Shown: in pieces, positions 1 through 8,417 of the stretch
How positions within the stretch are numbered: position 1 is the stretch's first letter
Layout: each line of letters opens with the position of its first letter
Virus record (IMG/VR): IMGVR_UViG_3300005323_000363
Span: 1-31,355 of that record
From: a virus
Taxonomy: Duplodnaviria > Caudoviricetes
Direction: 5' to 3' (one strand)
DNA: 31,355 nucleotides
Notes under the pieces: model-generated
What the model was told of the DNA's origin: nothing
Database searches by the model: none
What the model saw: the letters and a program-made list of their open reading frames with translations, nothing else
Made by a program: the position numbers and the translations under genes

Positions 1-999
1 GCTTCCTACTGGATAAACTGCGTTCAAGGTTGTCTTAGTGTCAGCATAAGTCTTTACCGCTTTCTGCGATGGGTATTTAGTGTCGGAATTAGCCGCAAGA
101 GTCCCATCTGTATCTTTATTGGCCGTTGCCTCCGCTCCGGAGATATTCCCAACAGGTATACTTACCGCCCCTGCATATTGGACTTCGTTTTTTACCTGCA
201 GAGGGGTCACATACTTTATGTCGTTTGTCGCCGCTTCTGCTTCTTCCTGCGTTGCTTTTACAACACCCAACACAGCTTCGGCTGCCTCTTCAGCGCTGGC
301 GGCCGCCGCGTCAGCTGAAGCATCTGCCGCAGCAGCGCTCTCACCTGCGGCCGTAGCCGATGCGCTTGCGGAATCGGCATACCCCTGCAATTCCGTGACT
401 ACTCCATCGGCAGCATTTTCCGCCTCGGTAGCGCTGGCGGCCGCAGCCACCGCGCTTGCAGCTGCTTCCGATGCTGCCGATGTTGCCGCCTCGGCAGCAT
501 CGGAAATCAAACCAGTGTAATCAGGCACATCTTCTTCAGCGGTGCCGAGAGGGACCAATATCGCCCTGTTAACCTGTTCCTGCAGATCCTGGATCTGCAT
601 CGTCAAACGGTCAACTATAGATTCCACGACCCGGGCCTGAAATCCTCCCGATGTGGTAAGGCCTACTTCTTGGGTTTTTGCCATGCTCCGGCCGATAACC
701 ACATAATAATCGGATGTCGGGGCCGTGGTAAATGTCACTGTCCCACCGGGGATCTTATCATCGAAACTGACAGTATAATCTGTATTTAACGTCTGTTCTC
801 CGGTAGTGGCGTCTTCTAAGTACACCCGGATATTATCATCCGCCGCCAGGGGCCAGGAAAAGGAAAACTCCGTGGTAGTGCCGTTACCGGCCAACTTAAC
901 CGGTTCGTAATTATCGGCTACCATGGCAAAAGCGAACGTCGGAATGAATAAGCACAAGGCCAGGAATCCCGTGATACTCTTAAAAACCCTGTTCTTCAT
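1..999 (-). CDS. Tail fibre/tail spike protein, 3' end beyond window, with N-terminal signal-peptide-like leader
   Basis: Not in the ORF track because it runs off the window. Hand translation from ATG at 999 (RBS GAGGAGG): MKNRVFKSITGFLALCLFIPTFAFA-MVADNYEPVKLAGNGTTTEFSFSWPL...DYTV...GGTVTFTTAP...DRLTMQIQDL (T7-type tail-fibre adaptor domain), an Ala/Ser/Glu-rich stalk, then AVYPVGS at the window edge. Last gene of the virion operon here. Confidence 0.8.
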   Translation of the reverse strand, partial: MKNRVFKSITGFLALCLFIPTFAFAMVADNYEPVKLAGNGTTTEFSFSWPLAADDNIRVYLEDATTGEQTLNTDYTVSFDDKIPGGTVTFTTAPTSDYYVVIGRSMAKTQEVGLTTSGGFQARVVESIVDRLTMQIQDLQEQVNRAILVPLGTAEEDVPDYTGLISDAAEAATSAASEAAASAVAAAASATEAENAADGVVTELQGYADSASASATAAGESAAAADASADAAAASAEEAAEAVLGVVKATQEEAEAATNDIKYVTPLQVKNEVQYAGAVSIPVGNISGAEATANKDTDGTLAANSDTKYPSQKAVKTYADTKTTLNAVYPVGS

Positions 1000-1020
1000 A
1001 CTTCCTCCTCAAGTTTAAAG

Positions 1021-1049
1021 TTGACTTTTGTTTATATTTTGTATAGCAT
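1021..1049 (+). promoter_or_regulatory. Putative sigma70 promoter for moron cassette 1
   Basis: TTGACT (1021-1026), 17 bp spacer, TAGCAT (1044-1049), upstream of the RBS AGGAG and ATG at 1093. Confidence 0.55.
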
Positions 1050-1092
1050 ATATACGTTCTACCCAACCCCTTACCGCAAAAGGAGTCAGACC

Positions 1093-1236
1093 ATGAAAAG
1101 AATATTTACCGTAATCGTTCTTCTCGCTTTGGTCGTCACCCCCATCCTTGCTTTCGCTCACTCCGGCCGCACAGATGAAAACCATGGGCATTGGAACCAC
1201 AAAACCGGAACTTATCACTATCACTGGGGCAATTAA
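1093..1236 (+). CDS. Small secreted YHYH-motif protein (47 aa)
   Basis: RBS AAGGAG; signal peptide MKRIFTVIVLLALVVTPILAFA followed by HSGRTDENHGHWNHKTGTYHYH. Confidence 0.7.
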   Translation: MKRIFTVIVLLALVVTPILAFAHSGRTDENHGHWNHKTGTYHYHWGN

Positions 1237-1245
1237 TCCCTCTAT

Positions 1246-1443
1246 ATGACAATAAATACCCCATCCAACTGCGAATGGCTATTTAATGTAACCGCTCTCG
1301 GCATCTTGTATGCCGTATTCCATTGCGTTTACAAGATCAACAGAATGCATAGCGTGTTCCCCCAAATGGTAGCTGCCCTTTTGAGAATATCTGAGGCTTT
1401 GGAATTACAAAACCCGGGCTTAAAGAAAAAGGTGATTCAATGA
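1246..1443 (+). CDS. Hypothetical small membrane protein
   Basis: 65 aa with one hydrophobic segment; ATGA overlap with the next gene. Confidence 0.45.
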   Translation: MTINTPSNCEWLFNVTALGILYAVFHCVYKINRMHSVFPQMVAALLRISEALELQNPGLKKKVIQ

Positions 1444-2021
1444 CTGATACCGGTTTAAAATGGCTGTCGTTCTTCCTCGGCACTGGATTCCTCATCTTCT
1501 TATGCCGTATCATCTTTTTTAGCGGTAAATACTGCAAATCGATAGATTATCTCGATAAATCTATCGATTCCCTCAACAAAGAGAACTCCGAGATAAACAA
1601 AAAGATTGATACCTTAATTAACTGCTTCAACCGCTTGACCGCGAAACTTGAGAACGTAAAAGGCATCGCAGGTCTCAATGATGTATATTTCAAATCAGCA
1701 AGCCCTCTCTCGCTCACTCCTGTCGGTAAAACCATGCTGCAAGAAAGCGGCCTTAAGGACTTCATTGATGCAAATAAGGACGAGCTGATAAAGAACGTCG
1801 AATCTCAGAAACCGCAAACCAATTACGATGCTGAAGCGATATCAAGAAGCGTTATGCTTTCCCTGTCGGATGATCCACGCCTGAACACCGTTAAAGACTA
1901 TGCCTTTCAGAATGGCAAGGATTTAACCATGATGCTCATGGCCGGCGGTATTTACTTGCGGGATATGGTCTTCTCAAAGAACATAACAATTACAGAAAAA
2001 GAACCTAAGAATGAAGCTTAA
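1440..2021 (+). CDS. Hypothetical membrane-anchored coiled-coil protein (moron)
   Basis: 193 aa; N-terminal TM helix, coiled coil, SPLSLTPVG motif; AT-rich and opposite to the virion operon. Confidence 0.7.
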   Translation: MTDTGLKWLSFFLGTGFLIFLCRIIFFSGKYCKSIDYLDKSIDSLNKENSEINKKIDTLINCFNRLTAKLENVKGIAGLNDVYFKSASPLSLTPVGKTMLQESGLKDFIDANKDELIKNVESQKPQTNYDAEAISRSVMLSLSDDPRLNTVKDYAFQNGKDLTMMLMAGGIYLRDMVFSKNITITEKEPKNEA

Positions 2022-2039
2022 TTCCTGGCTAAAAAGCAA

Positions 2040-5000
2040 TTACCACTCGCCTTCACTCTCAAGACTCTTCAGCCAGGCATTCAACAACTGCTCCGCAGAA
2101 CTTCCACCAGGGACCAGTAAAGTCATCGCCCTCAAAAAGTGCCGTGTTTTCTTTTCCGGATCCTTTGATTTTGCCGATGCCCCCATCCTGGCAAAGAATT
2201 TATTCGTGAACTCAACCGACGGTACAGGATTTGAACCATACTTAAACGCAGTCATAAAACTGTTCATCATCGGCGGGAGCGGGAGAATGTTGTCCCATGC
2301 CTTCCTGAGGAATTCCATACCCAAAGAATTCTCTTCTTCCGTGTAGTCCTGGTCATAATCAGGATTGACCAAAGAGATCAAAATCTTCAGCGCGGGATCT
2401 TCTTCCTCCCGCTTACGTTCATCGTCATCTCCAAACAGAAGTTTCATGACTCCCTCTGTGATCGCTCCGGAAATATAAACCTTAATCCCTGTCTCTGTAA
2501 GCCTCCCAAGCATAAGTCCAAAAGCAATGTTCCGCGCTTTGCCGTAATCCTTTTCCATTATACCCGCGCGCCAAAGGTCGTGCTGTACCATATTCCACTC
2601 ATTCACCGCAAAAGAATTGAACTGTAAAAGCAGTTTGCCCCAGTTATTTCTCATCACCGGCGCCATGTCCTTGAAATACGGGCTTGACTGTGTAAGCCGT
2701 ACCGTCTGCTGCGCGTATTCGAGAGCTCCGGAGTCAGGGTTTCCAAGGTCCATATCGATACCGTGCTCCGCGCAGTATTTTTGATACGCGCCGGCGGCTA
2801 TAAACGATGACGTCCATCGATCGAACGTCTGCAGCGCCGCGAACCCAAGTTCTCCGGCTTTACCAGCAATCCTTTTCCCCTTGCCAAGCAGACCTTTTCC
2901 TGTTCTTTCGTATAGCGTAAAACTGGCGAATGCCGGGTCGTCTCCGATCCTGTTCTTTACCTCCGGCATATTTGCCATCACGAACTGGCGCCAGCGGCCG
3001 TCAGTGGCTATATTGATAAGCCCGTTCAGCCCGTATTTGCCGATAAAACCCATTCCATGCCCCAGGGAAGAGAACTGCGCCATGGCAGAAGACAGCCGGA
3101 ACGCCAATACGGAGGATCCTGTTATTTTGCGGATTGTATCGGTAAAATTCAGCTTCTCGCCGACACCTTTCCCTTTGCGTGCCACAAGATCGATATACTC
3201 CCTCACCTGCTGCTGTCCAAGTTCCCCCACAAGGTCTTGATATTCCTGCGTGCCGGCAAGCTCTCCCAGCCATTTGGTTTCTTTGCCAACAGTCACAAAA
3301 TACGCCGCGTTGTCCACATGCCTTAAGAACACTGCCATGGCGTTCAAATGCAGCTGCGGGCCGCCGCCTTTTCCAATCCTTTTCTTGGTGAATCCTCTGG
3401 AGACGTTCTTGCGCGGGGCCAAGCCGAACTGCTCCACATTATCCCCAAACCTGGCCCGCATCTCCGAGTCGCTCATCTTCTCGAAATCGGTCATAAACGG
3501 GAAATAGTTCTTCACCGCATGGAACGGTAAGTTATATACCAGCCGCATAATCTCGGAGATATATGGTCTAAACATATCCAGCTTGTCACGCATCAACAGG
3601 TAGAACTCCATCTCCGCCTGGTTGAGATTAATATTATCGATCTCTTCTTCCGTATACTCCATACTCAACAGCTTGTCCCGGCCGCCGGCCTGGTTGTCCA
3701 CGGCGTAGACACCGATCCGCTCGAAGTTGTCCTGCGTCAATTTCAGCTTCACGGCCAAAGCCCTAACTTCCTTAGTGGCCTCCTCACGTATCTTCAGGTA
3801 TTCCGAGTAGGCCTTATCGATCGTCTTCTTGAATATATTATAGTTGGCTCCTTTATATTTCTTGAACCCGTCCAGCCAATCAAAGAACCTGTCCGGGGTA
3901 GTCTTCAGCAGATCCAGCTTGCGATAAACGTTCTGGCCTTTATAAAAGCTATTCTTCAGCTTCTCCCCGGCATTCAGGTCCTTGCCTACTCCGGGACGAG
4001 GATCAAGTATACTTTCGTAATCCAACGGCTTGGAATCCCGCGCGAGATCCGCCAGCGCCTCCTGCTTCCTGCGCTCTTCCTCCATCTGCCGCAGGCGCAG
4101 TTTCGCGCGGCCCATACGCTCAAGGTCATCCACGGTATTAAGCAAATTCTCCAGATCGCTTTCATTTAATCCGCTCACCGGCGTCTTTTCGAGGATCTTC
4201 AATTGCTGCAGAACCTCTTCCGGCATTTCCACGTCCTTGCCGACGGCAAGACTTTCTTCGATAAACTTCCGGGTGTTCTTCAGGGATTCTATTGTTTCCG
4301 GACGGTGACCCTGGAATTCTATGTCGCCAACGATATTGTTGATCATATCGGCGTATTCAACCGCTATGCCGGCGGACTTACCGGCGCGCTCCGCGGCCTT
4401 CTGTAACTCCGCAATCAGTTCCTGCCTCATTTGCTTGTTCTTTGCTTCCCGCAGGCGCCGGGAGATCTCCGGGAATTCCCGGGCCAGATCAACCCGCGTC
4501 TGTACATTTTTGACAGTCCGGATGAACTTCGCCCGTTCGTCAAGGGGGAGATCTGCCTGCTCGATCGCGTCTATAACCTCATTCTGGACGGTTTCAATCT
4601 CCTGCTTAGTCTTCAGCCGTCCTTCCCTAATCCCCTGTTCAGTGGCCTTTATGCGTTCCCTTAAAAGCGTAGTCTCTCTCTTGGTCACAGTCTGCGGCCG
4701 GTTCCTTCGGATCTCTTCCAGAAGGTTCTTCCGCGTTTCTTCGAGGTTTTGCAGGTATTCCTTAAGGCCGGTTTCGTCCGTGACATCCACTCCGAAACGG
4801 TCCCGCAACTCCTGCATAGCCTCATCAGGAGCGATCCCACCCGTCTTGGTAATGTAATTTTTCGGTATGCCTGTCAGCTCTTCCTTCAGATTGCCGTCCT
4901 TATACCGCCTGATCCTGCGCAGAAATCCCTGCCGGACCGTATCGATATCGTCAAGGGCGTATTGCGCGGCTTCTACCCGGCCCTGGCGATCTTCCAGACT

Positions 5001-6857
5001 CTGTATCTGCCGTTGCAAGGGCGTTACTCCGGAAGCATCCGGCATTACATCTTTCACGTTGACACGCTTCCCGGGCTGTGGTATATTCTTTTCGGGAGAA
5101 GTAGAAGTCTTACTGACGCCAGAAAGGCTCGCTGGCCTGCTCGGCTCCGCCGGGACAGATGAAGGAACTGCCGCCCTTCCGGTAAGATTAACTACTTCTC
5201 CTCTTTTCTTTAGAGACTCCGCATAAGCAGGATCAGAAGATTCAAAACCCGTAATCACAAAATGGCCGTTATATCTCTTCGCAGATACCACGAGCGTCTT
5301 GTTGTCGCCTAAATCCTTAACGAAATTTATTTTCGGGGCGTCTTTGTAAAAAACCATAAAATCGGAGTTATTGAGATTATCCACAAAGCTGTCGTCTACC
5401 GGCAATCCGTGTTTGTTCTCTATCTTGCCGATAATCTTTTGATCAATGTAAATTGCCCGCGGGATCTTCTTCTGGCTGGCTATCTCTACCGGTAAGTCTG
5501 AAATATGCGCCTGTTCGGATGCCCCAGACCGCAAGTCATTGAGGTTGTTTTTGAATACCAAGAGTTCTGTTTCTCCGGCCCGGGTTATTCCGCTTTCCCG
5601 GCCGCCGGCGAACTCGGGTGCTTCCCATACCGTCTTTAGCTCATTTTCGCCCATTTCTGGGCTTAACGCCTTTTCCCTGGCCGCATCCCCTTCCAAAAGC
5701 CCTGACGCCTTCCTGCGCCCCCGCAGAAGTTCTACAGCCTGCCCTATTCCTGCCTGTGTCGCCCCCGGAACCGCCAGTATCCCGGCTTCCACCAAAAGCT
5801 GCTCTCCATTCGGTATTGCCGCCACTACCCGGTCCAGCGTGCTGTCAGGATCCTGCGCTCCGAAGTCCTCCACCCCGGTAACGGCTCTTAAGAAGTTACC
5901 GACTCTTTCTTCCCCCATCTCTTCCAGGAAGCCGTTCCAGCCGGCTTGTGTGAATAATTTGCTTACCGATTCGTTCGGGTGCAGTTTCCGGAATAAGGTT
6001 GCCATCCCGGAAGCCATCCTCTGCGGTATGATCCTGCCGGCAATGGCGCGGCCGGCTTTGCCGATCTCCTGTCCCGTGACCTCGCTAAAATTTTCGATCA
6101 CCATATCCCCGAATCCCTTCGCAAGAGAAATAAACGGCTTTTCCCGCGATTCCTGAGCTATCTGCAGGCCTTTATCCGTAAACTCAAGGTTGGCGTCTAT
6201 CTGCCGTTCAATGGCGCTTTCCGCCACCCTGTGCGGCATGACGGCGGTCCGGTAAACTGCCCCGGTAACGCCTCCGATCGCACGCACAGAGAACTTTAAT
6301 GCCTGGTTCTTAGCAATCGTCCTTATGGCCGGATTTATGGCCACTCTTACCGCCCGCTGCCCGGCCGCCGCTGCGCCTCCGGTGGCCAGGAACTCGACCA
6401 TGAACCCGGGAATGGCAGCCACCCCCTGGGCGACCCGGCCGCCCACAGTAAAGCCGCGGACGCGCTCCTCCTCAACCCTCTTTAGATAGTCGTTGACGGC
6501 CTGTGTATCATTCACCTTGCCGGTAAGATCCTCCGACTTATATTTATCGGCCCGGAGCCTGTTCACCGCCTGGAACACCTGCCAAGCCTTCACCGCGCCT
6601 TCCGGATTGAAAGGTATCATCTCGGACTTATCCTGCCTGTTTGCCTGTTCAAAAAACCCTATCGGCCCCTTGTTCTTCCAGGTCTGCCGCTGGGCCTCGT
6701 CGACCTCCGTTATCTCCGGGGCCTGGTCAATATTAACCCTCTCAAGGCTTGCCAGATCACCCATACGCATGGAGCCGGACGCCTGCCGATCCTGCGGCTG
6801 CTCTTCTTCTGTCTGTATCCCCTGGCCTCCCGAAGCCAGGATCTCTTCTATTCTCAT
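2040..6857 (-). CDS. Large internal virion/DNA-ejection (polyvalent-type) protein
   Basis: 1605 aa, largely helical; sits after two smaller ejection proteins and before the tail fibre (T7 gp16-like synteny); RBS GAGG. Confidence 0.7.
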   Translation of the reverse strand: MRIEEILASGGQGIQTEEEQPQDRQASGSMRMGDLASLERVNIDQAPEITEVDEAQRQTWKNKGPIGFFEQANRQDKSEMIPFNPEGAVKAWQVFQAVNRLRADKYKSEDLTGKVNDTQAVNDYLKRVEEERVRGFTVGGRVAQGVAAIPGFMVEFLATGGAAAAGQRAVRVAINPAIRTIAKNQALKFSVRAIGGVTGAVYRTAVMPHRVAESAIERQIDANLEFTDKGLQIAQESREKPFISLAKGFGDMVIENFSEVTGQEIGKAGRAIAGRIIPQRMASGMATLFRKLHPNESVSKLFTQAGWNGFLEEMGEERVGNFLRAVTGVEDFGAQDPDSTLDRVVAAIPNGEQLLVEAGILAVPGATQAGIGQAVELLRGRRKASGLLEGDAAREKALSPEMGENELKTVWEAPEFAGGRESGITRAGETELLVFKNNLNDLRSGASEQAHISDLPVEIASQKKIPRAIYIDQKIIGKIENKHGLPVDDSFVDNLNNSDFMVFYKDAPKINFVKDLGDNKTLVVSAKRYNGHFVITGFESSDPAYAESLKKRGEVVNLTGRAAVPSSVPAEPSRPASLSGVSKTSTSPEKNIPQPGKRVNVKDVMPDASGVTPLQRQIQSLEDRQGRVEAAQYALDDIDTVRQGFLRRIRRYKDGNLKEELTGIPKNYITKTGGIAPDEAMQELRDRFGVDVTDETGLKEYLQNLEETRKNLLEEIRRNRPQTVTKRETTLLRERIKATEQGIREGRLKTKQEIETVQNEVIDAIEQADLPLDERAKFIRTVKNVQTRVDLAREFPEISRRLREAKNKQMRQELIAELQKAAERAGKSAGIAVEYADMINNIVGDIEFQGHRPETIESLKNTRKFIEESLAVGKDVEMPEEVLQQLKILEKTPVSGLNESDLENLLNTVDDLERMGRAKLRLRQMEEERRKQEALADLARDSKPLDYESILDPRPGVGKDLNAGEKLKNSFYKGQNVYRKLDLLKTTPDRFFDWLDGFKKYKGANYNIFKKTIDKAYSEYLKIREEATKEVRALAVKLKLTQDNFERIGVYAVDNQAGGRDKLLSMEYTEEEIDNINLNQAEMEFYLLMRDKLDMFRPYISEIMRLVYNLPFHAVKNYFPFMTDFEKMSDSEMRARFGDNVEQFGLAPRKNVSRGFTKKRIGKGGGPQLHLNAMAVFLRHVDNAAYFVTVGKETKWLGELAGTQEYQDLVGELGQQQVREYIDLVARKGKGVGEKLNFTDTIRKITGSSVLAFRLSSAMAQFSSLGHGMGFIGKYGLNGLINIATDGRWRQFVMANMPEVKNRIGDDPAFASFTLYERTGKGLLGKGKRIAGKAGELGFAALQTFDRWTSSFIAAGAYQKYCAEHGIDMDLGNPDSGALEYAQQTVRLTQSSPYFKDMAPVMRNNWGKLLLQFNSFAVNEWNMVQHDLWRAGIMEKDYGKARNIAFGLMLGRLTETGIKVYISGAITEGVMKLLFGDDDERKREEEDPALKILISLVNPDYDQDYTEEENSLGMEFLRKAWDNILPLPPMMNSFMTAFKYGSNPVPSVEFTNKFFARMGASAKSKDPEKKTRHFLRAMTLLVPGGSSAEQLLNAWLKSLESEGEW

Positions 6858-6885
6858 TGACGTTTTTCCTCTTTTGTGCTATTTT
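6857..6885 (+). promoter_or_regulatory. Putative sigma70 promoter for moron cassette 2
   Basis: TTGACG (6857-6862), 17 bp spacer, TG-extended TATTTT (6880-6885); overlaps the start codon and RBS of the divergent 1605-aa gene. Confidence 0.5.
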
Positions 6886-6943
6886 TTCAGGTATCCAGCC
6901 GTGCCGCAATATTCAAACACATTCTGCAATAAGGAGCCGAACG

Positions 6944-7318
6944 ATGAGCGAATTATCAGCGATAAAACTTGGCATTGTAAAAATAAATGACTCTCTGGCC
7001 AAGATTCATAAAAAGCTTTCCGCAATGGACGAGAAACTCTCCAAACTTATAACAGTACCTGGCGGCATAGAAGAAGCTCTCGCTGACAATCCACAGCCGA
7101 AAGAAGTTGAATTTAGCACTCGGCTCTCTTGTTACGTTGATGCTATTGGTAACCATTTCTGCCCCCTTTGTTATAAAGAAAAAGGAATCTTCATACTTCT
7201 TAAACCGTTGAGCGATAATTCCGTATGGAAGTGCCTGTCCTGTAATACCATCGTCAATAACCCTGATTTTGTTGACCCGAAGATCACAAGAATAAACTCC
7301 AGGAAACTAAGACCGTAA
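6944..7318 (+). CDS. Hypothetical coiled-coil plus Zn-ribbon protein (moron)
   Basis: ATG at 6944 after AAGGAG; CPLC...CLSC cysteine pairs. Confidence 0.65.
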   Translation: MSELSAIKLGIVKINDSLAKIHKKLSAMDEKLSKLITVPGGIEEALADNPQPKEVEFSTRLSCYVDAIGNHFCPLCYKEKGIFILLKPLSDNSVWKCLSCNTIVNNPDFVDPKITRINSRKLRP

Positions 7319-7326
7319 AAAGGAGA

Positions 7327-7948
7327 TGCCATGTTTCAAAAGATTAAAGCTTTAGTCACCTGGGCCGCTAACAACTTGGCTCTAATTTTATCTATAATTA
7401 TGTTAGCCACGAAAGACCTGGTCTATCTTTCAGAAGGCTCTGTCAGAGTTATGCATCTATTGGTTTGTTTCTCTTCGCTCTACTACTGTTACAAATCTAT
7501 CGTATCTGGTCATCATATTTGGGGATGGATACTCGGAACAATAGCCGTATTGTTGAATCCTTTTTACATCTTTGAGTTTGAAGAAACGAGTTGGTCGTCG
7601 TTCTATTCTTTATCAATGCTCTACTTCATTGCGTTTATGATCTCTGAACCTGTTAAAAATATAATGGCAAAGGTTTCAAAACCAATACTAAAGAAACGCA
7701 TATATGTTGCGTTAGCATGTTGCAAATATATCTTTATATTCTTTACATCGGTAGAATTCGTACATGCTTTTTGGGGTGTTTGGGATACTGGCACATATCA
7801 TGTTGATCCTCCTCATGGCTTAAGGATGGAAGATATTATTAAACAATACGGAACCCCCGATAACTCATCACCGTTACAACAACAAAAATAAAAAAACTAA
7901 GGAGACTGCCATGTTTCAAAAGATTAAAGCTTTAGTCACCTGGGCCGC
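7327..7948 (+). repeat. 42-bp exact direct repeat at the 5' ends of the two membrane-protein genes
   Basis: TGCCATGTTTCAAAAGATTAAAGCTTTAGTCACCTGGGCCGC at 7327-7368 and 7907-7948. Confidence 0.95.
7331..7891 (+). CDS. DUF6804-like multi-pass membrane protein, copy 1
   Basis: AGGAG RBS; TM helices; WGWILGTIAVLLNPF motif. Confidence 0.65.
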   Translation: MFQKIKALVTWAANNLALILSIIMLATKDLVYLSEGSVRVMHLLVCFSSLYYCYKSIVSGHHIWGWILGTIAVLLNPFYIFEFEETSWSSFYSLSMLYFIAFMISEPVKNIMAKVSKPILKKRIYVALACCKYIFIFFTSVEFVHAFWGVWDTGTYHVDPPHGLRMEDIIKQYGTPDNSSPLQQQK

Positions 7949-8417
7949 CGGGAACCTGGCGATAATCGCGTCTATAATCATGCTCATCGTTGCTTACTCC
8001 ACGACTGAACTATTATCAAACGGATTTTATCAAGTGCTGCGTTTTCTTGTGTGCTCCACAACTGCTTATTACTCATATAAATCATTCAAAATAGAACATA
8101 AAATCTGGGGATGGATATTTGCTATCATGGCTGTATTCTTTAACCCGGTACTCCCTATCCATTTTGATCCTGAATCCTGGTGCAATCTGGACAAAATTGC
8201 AACTACTTATCTATCTATATTCGTCCTATGGTCGTCAATATATAAAAAATTCTATTCCGACGGCTGGAAATTAGACAATTTAGTGATAGCGAATAAGGAG
8301 AATCTTAATAAAATTGTCAGATTCTTAGCCGTGGTATTAAATATTGTTATGCTAATCATGGTAACTGACATAATAATCTCGGCCGAATCTCCATCTGATA
8401 GCAATAGTGATTGGTAA
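7911..8417 (+). CDS. DUF6804-like multi-pass membrane protein, copy 2
   Basis: GFYQVLRFLV...WGWIFAIMAVFFNPVLPIHF...W..LD pattern; paralog of the preceding gene. Confidence 0.7.
   Translation: MFQKIKALVTWAAGNLAIIASIIMLIVAYSTTELLSNGFYQVLRFLVCSTTAYYSYKSFKIEHKIWGWIFAIMAVFFNPVLPIHFDPESWCNLDKIATTYLSIFVLWSSIYKKFYSDGWKLDNLVIANKENLNKIVRFLAVVLNIVMLIMVTDIIISAESPSDSNSDW

Noticed and set aside
80-520. Ala/Ser-rich plus-strand ORF
   Set aside because: Antisense shadow of the Ala-rich stalk of the minus-strand tail fibre gene.
1-999. Tail fibre as a DGR target
   Set aside because: No TR-like sequence in the visible part; its 3' end is outside the window, so a distal VR cannot be excluded.
2881-6990. Many plus-strand ORFs of 60-205 aa
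   Set aside because: All lie antisense within the 1605-aa gene, with no RBS or recognisable motifs.
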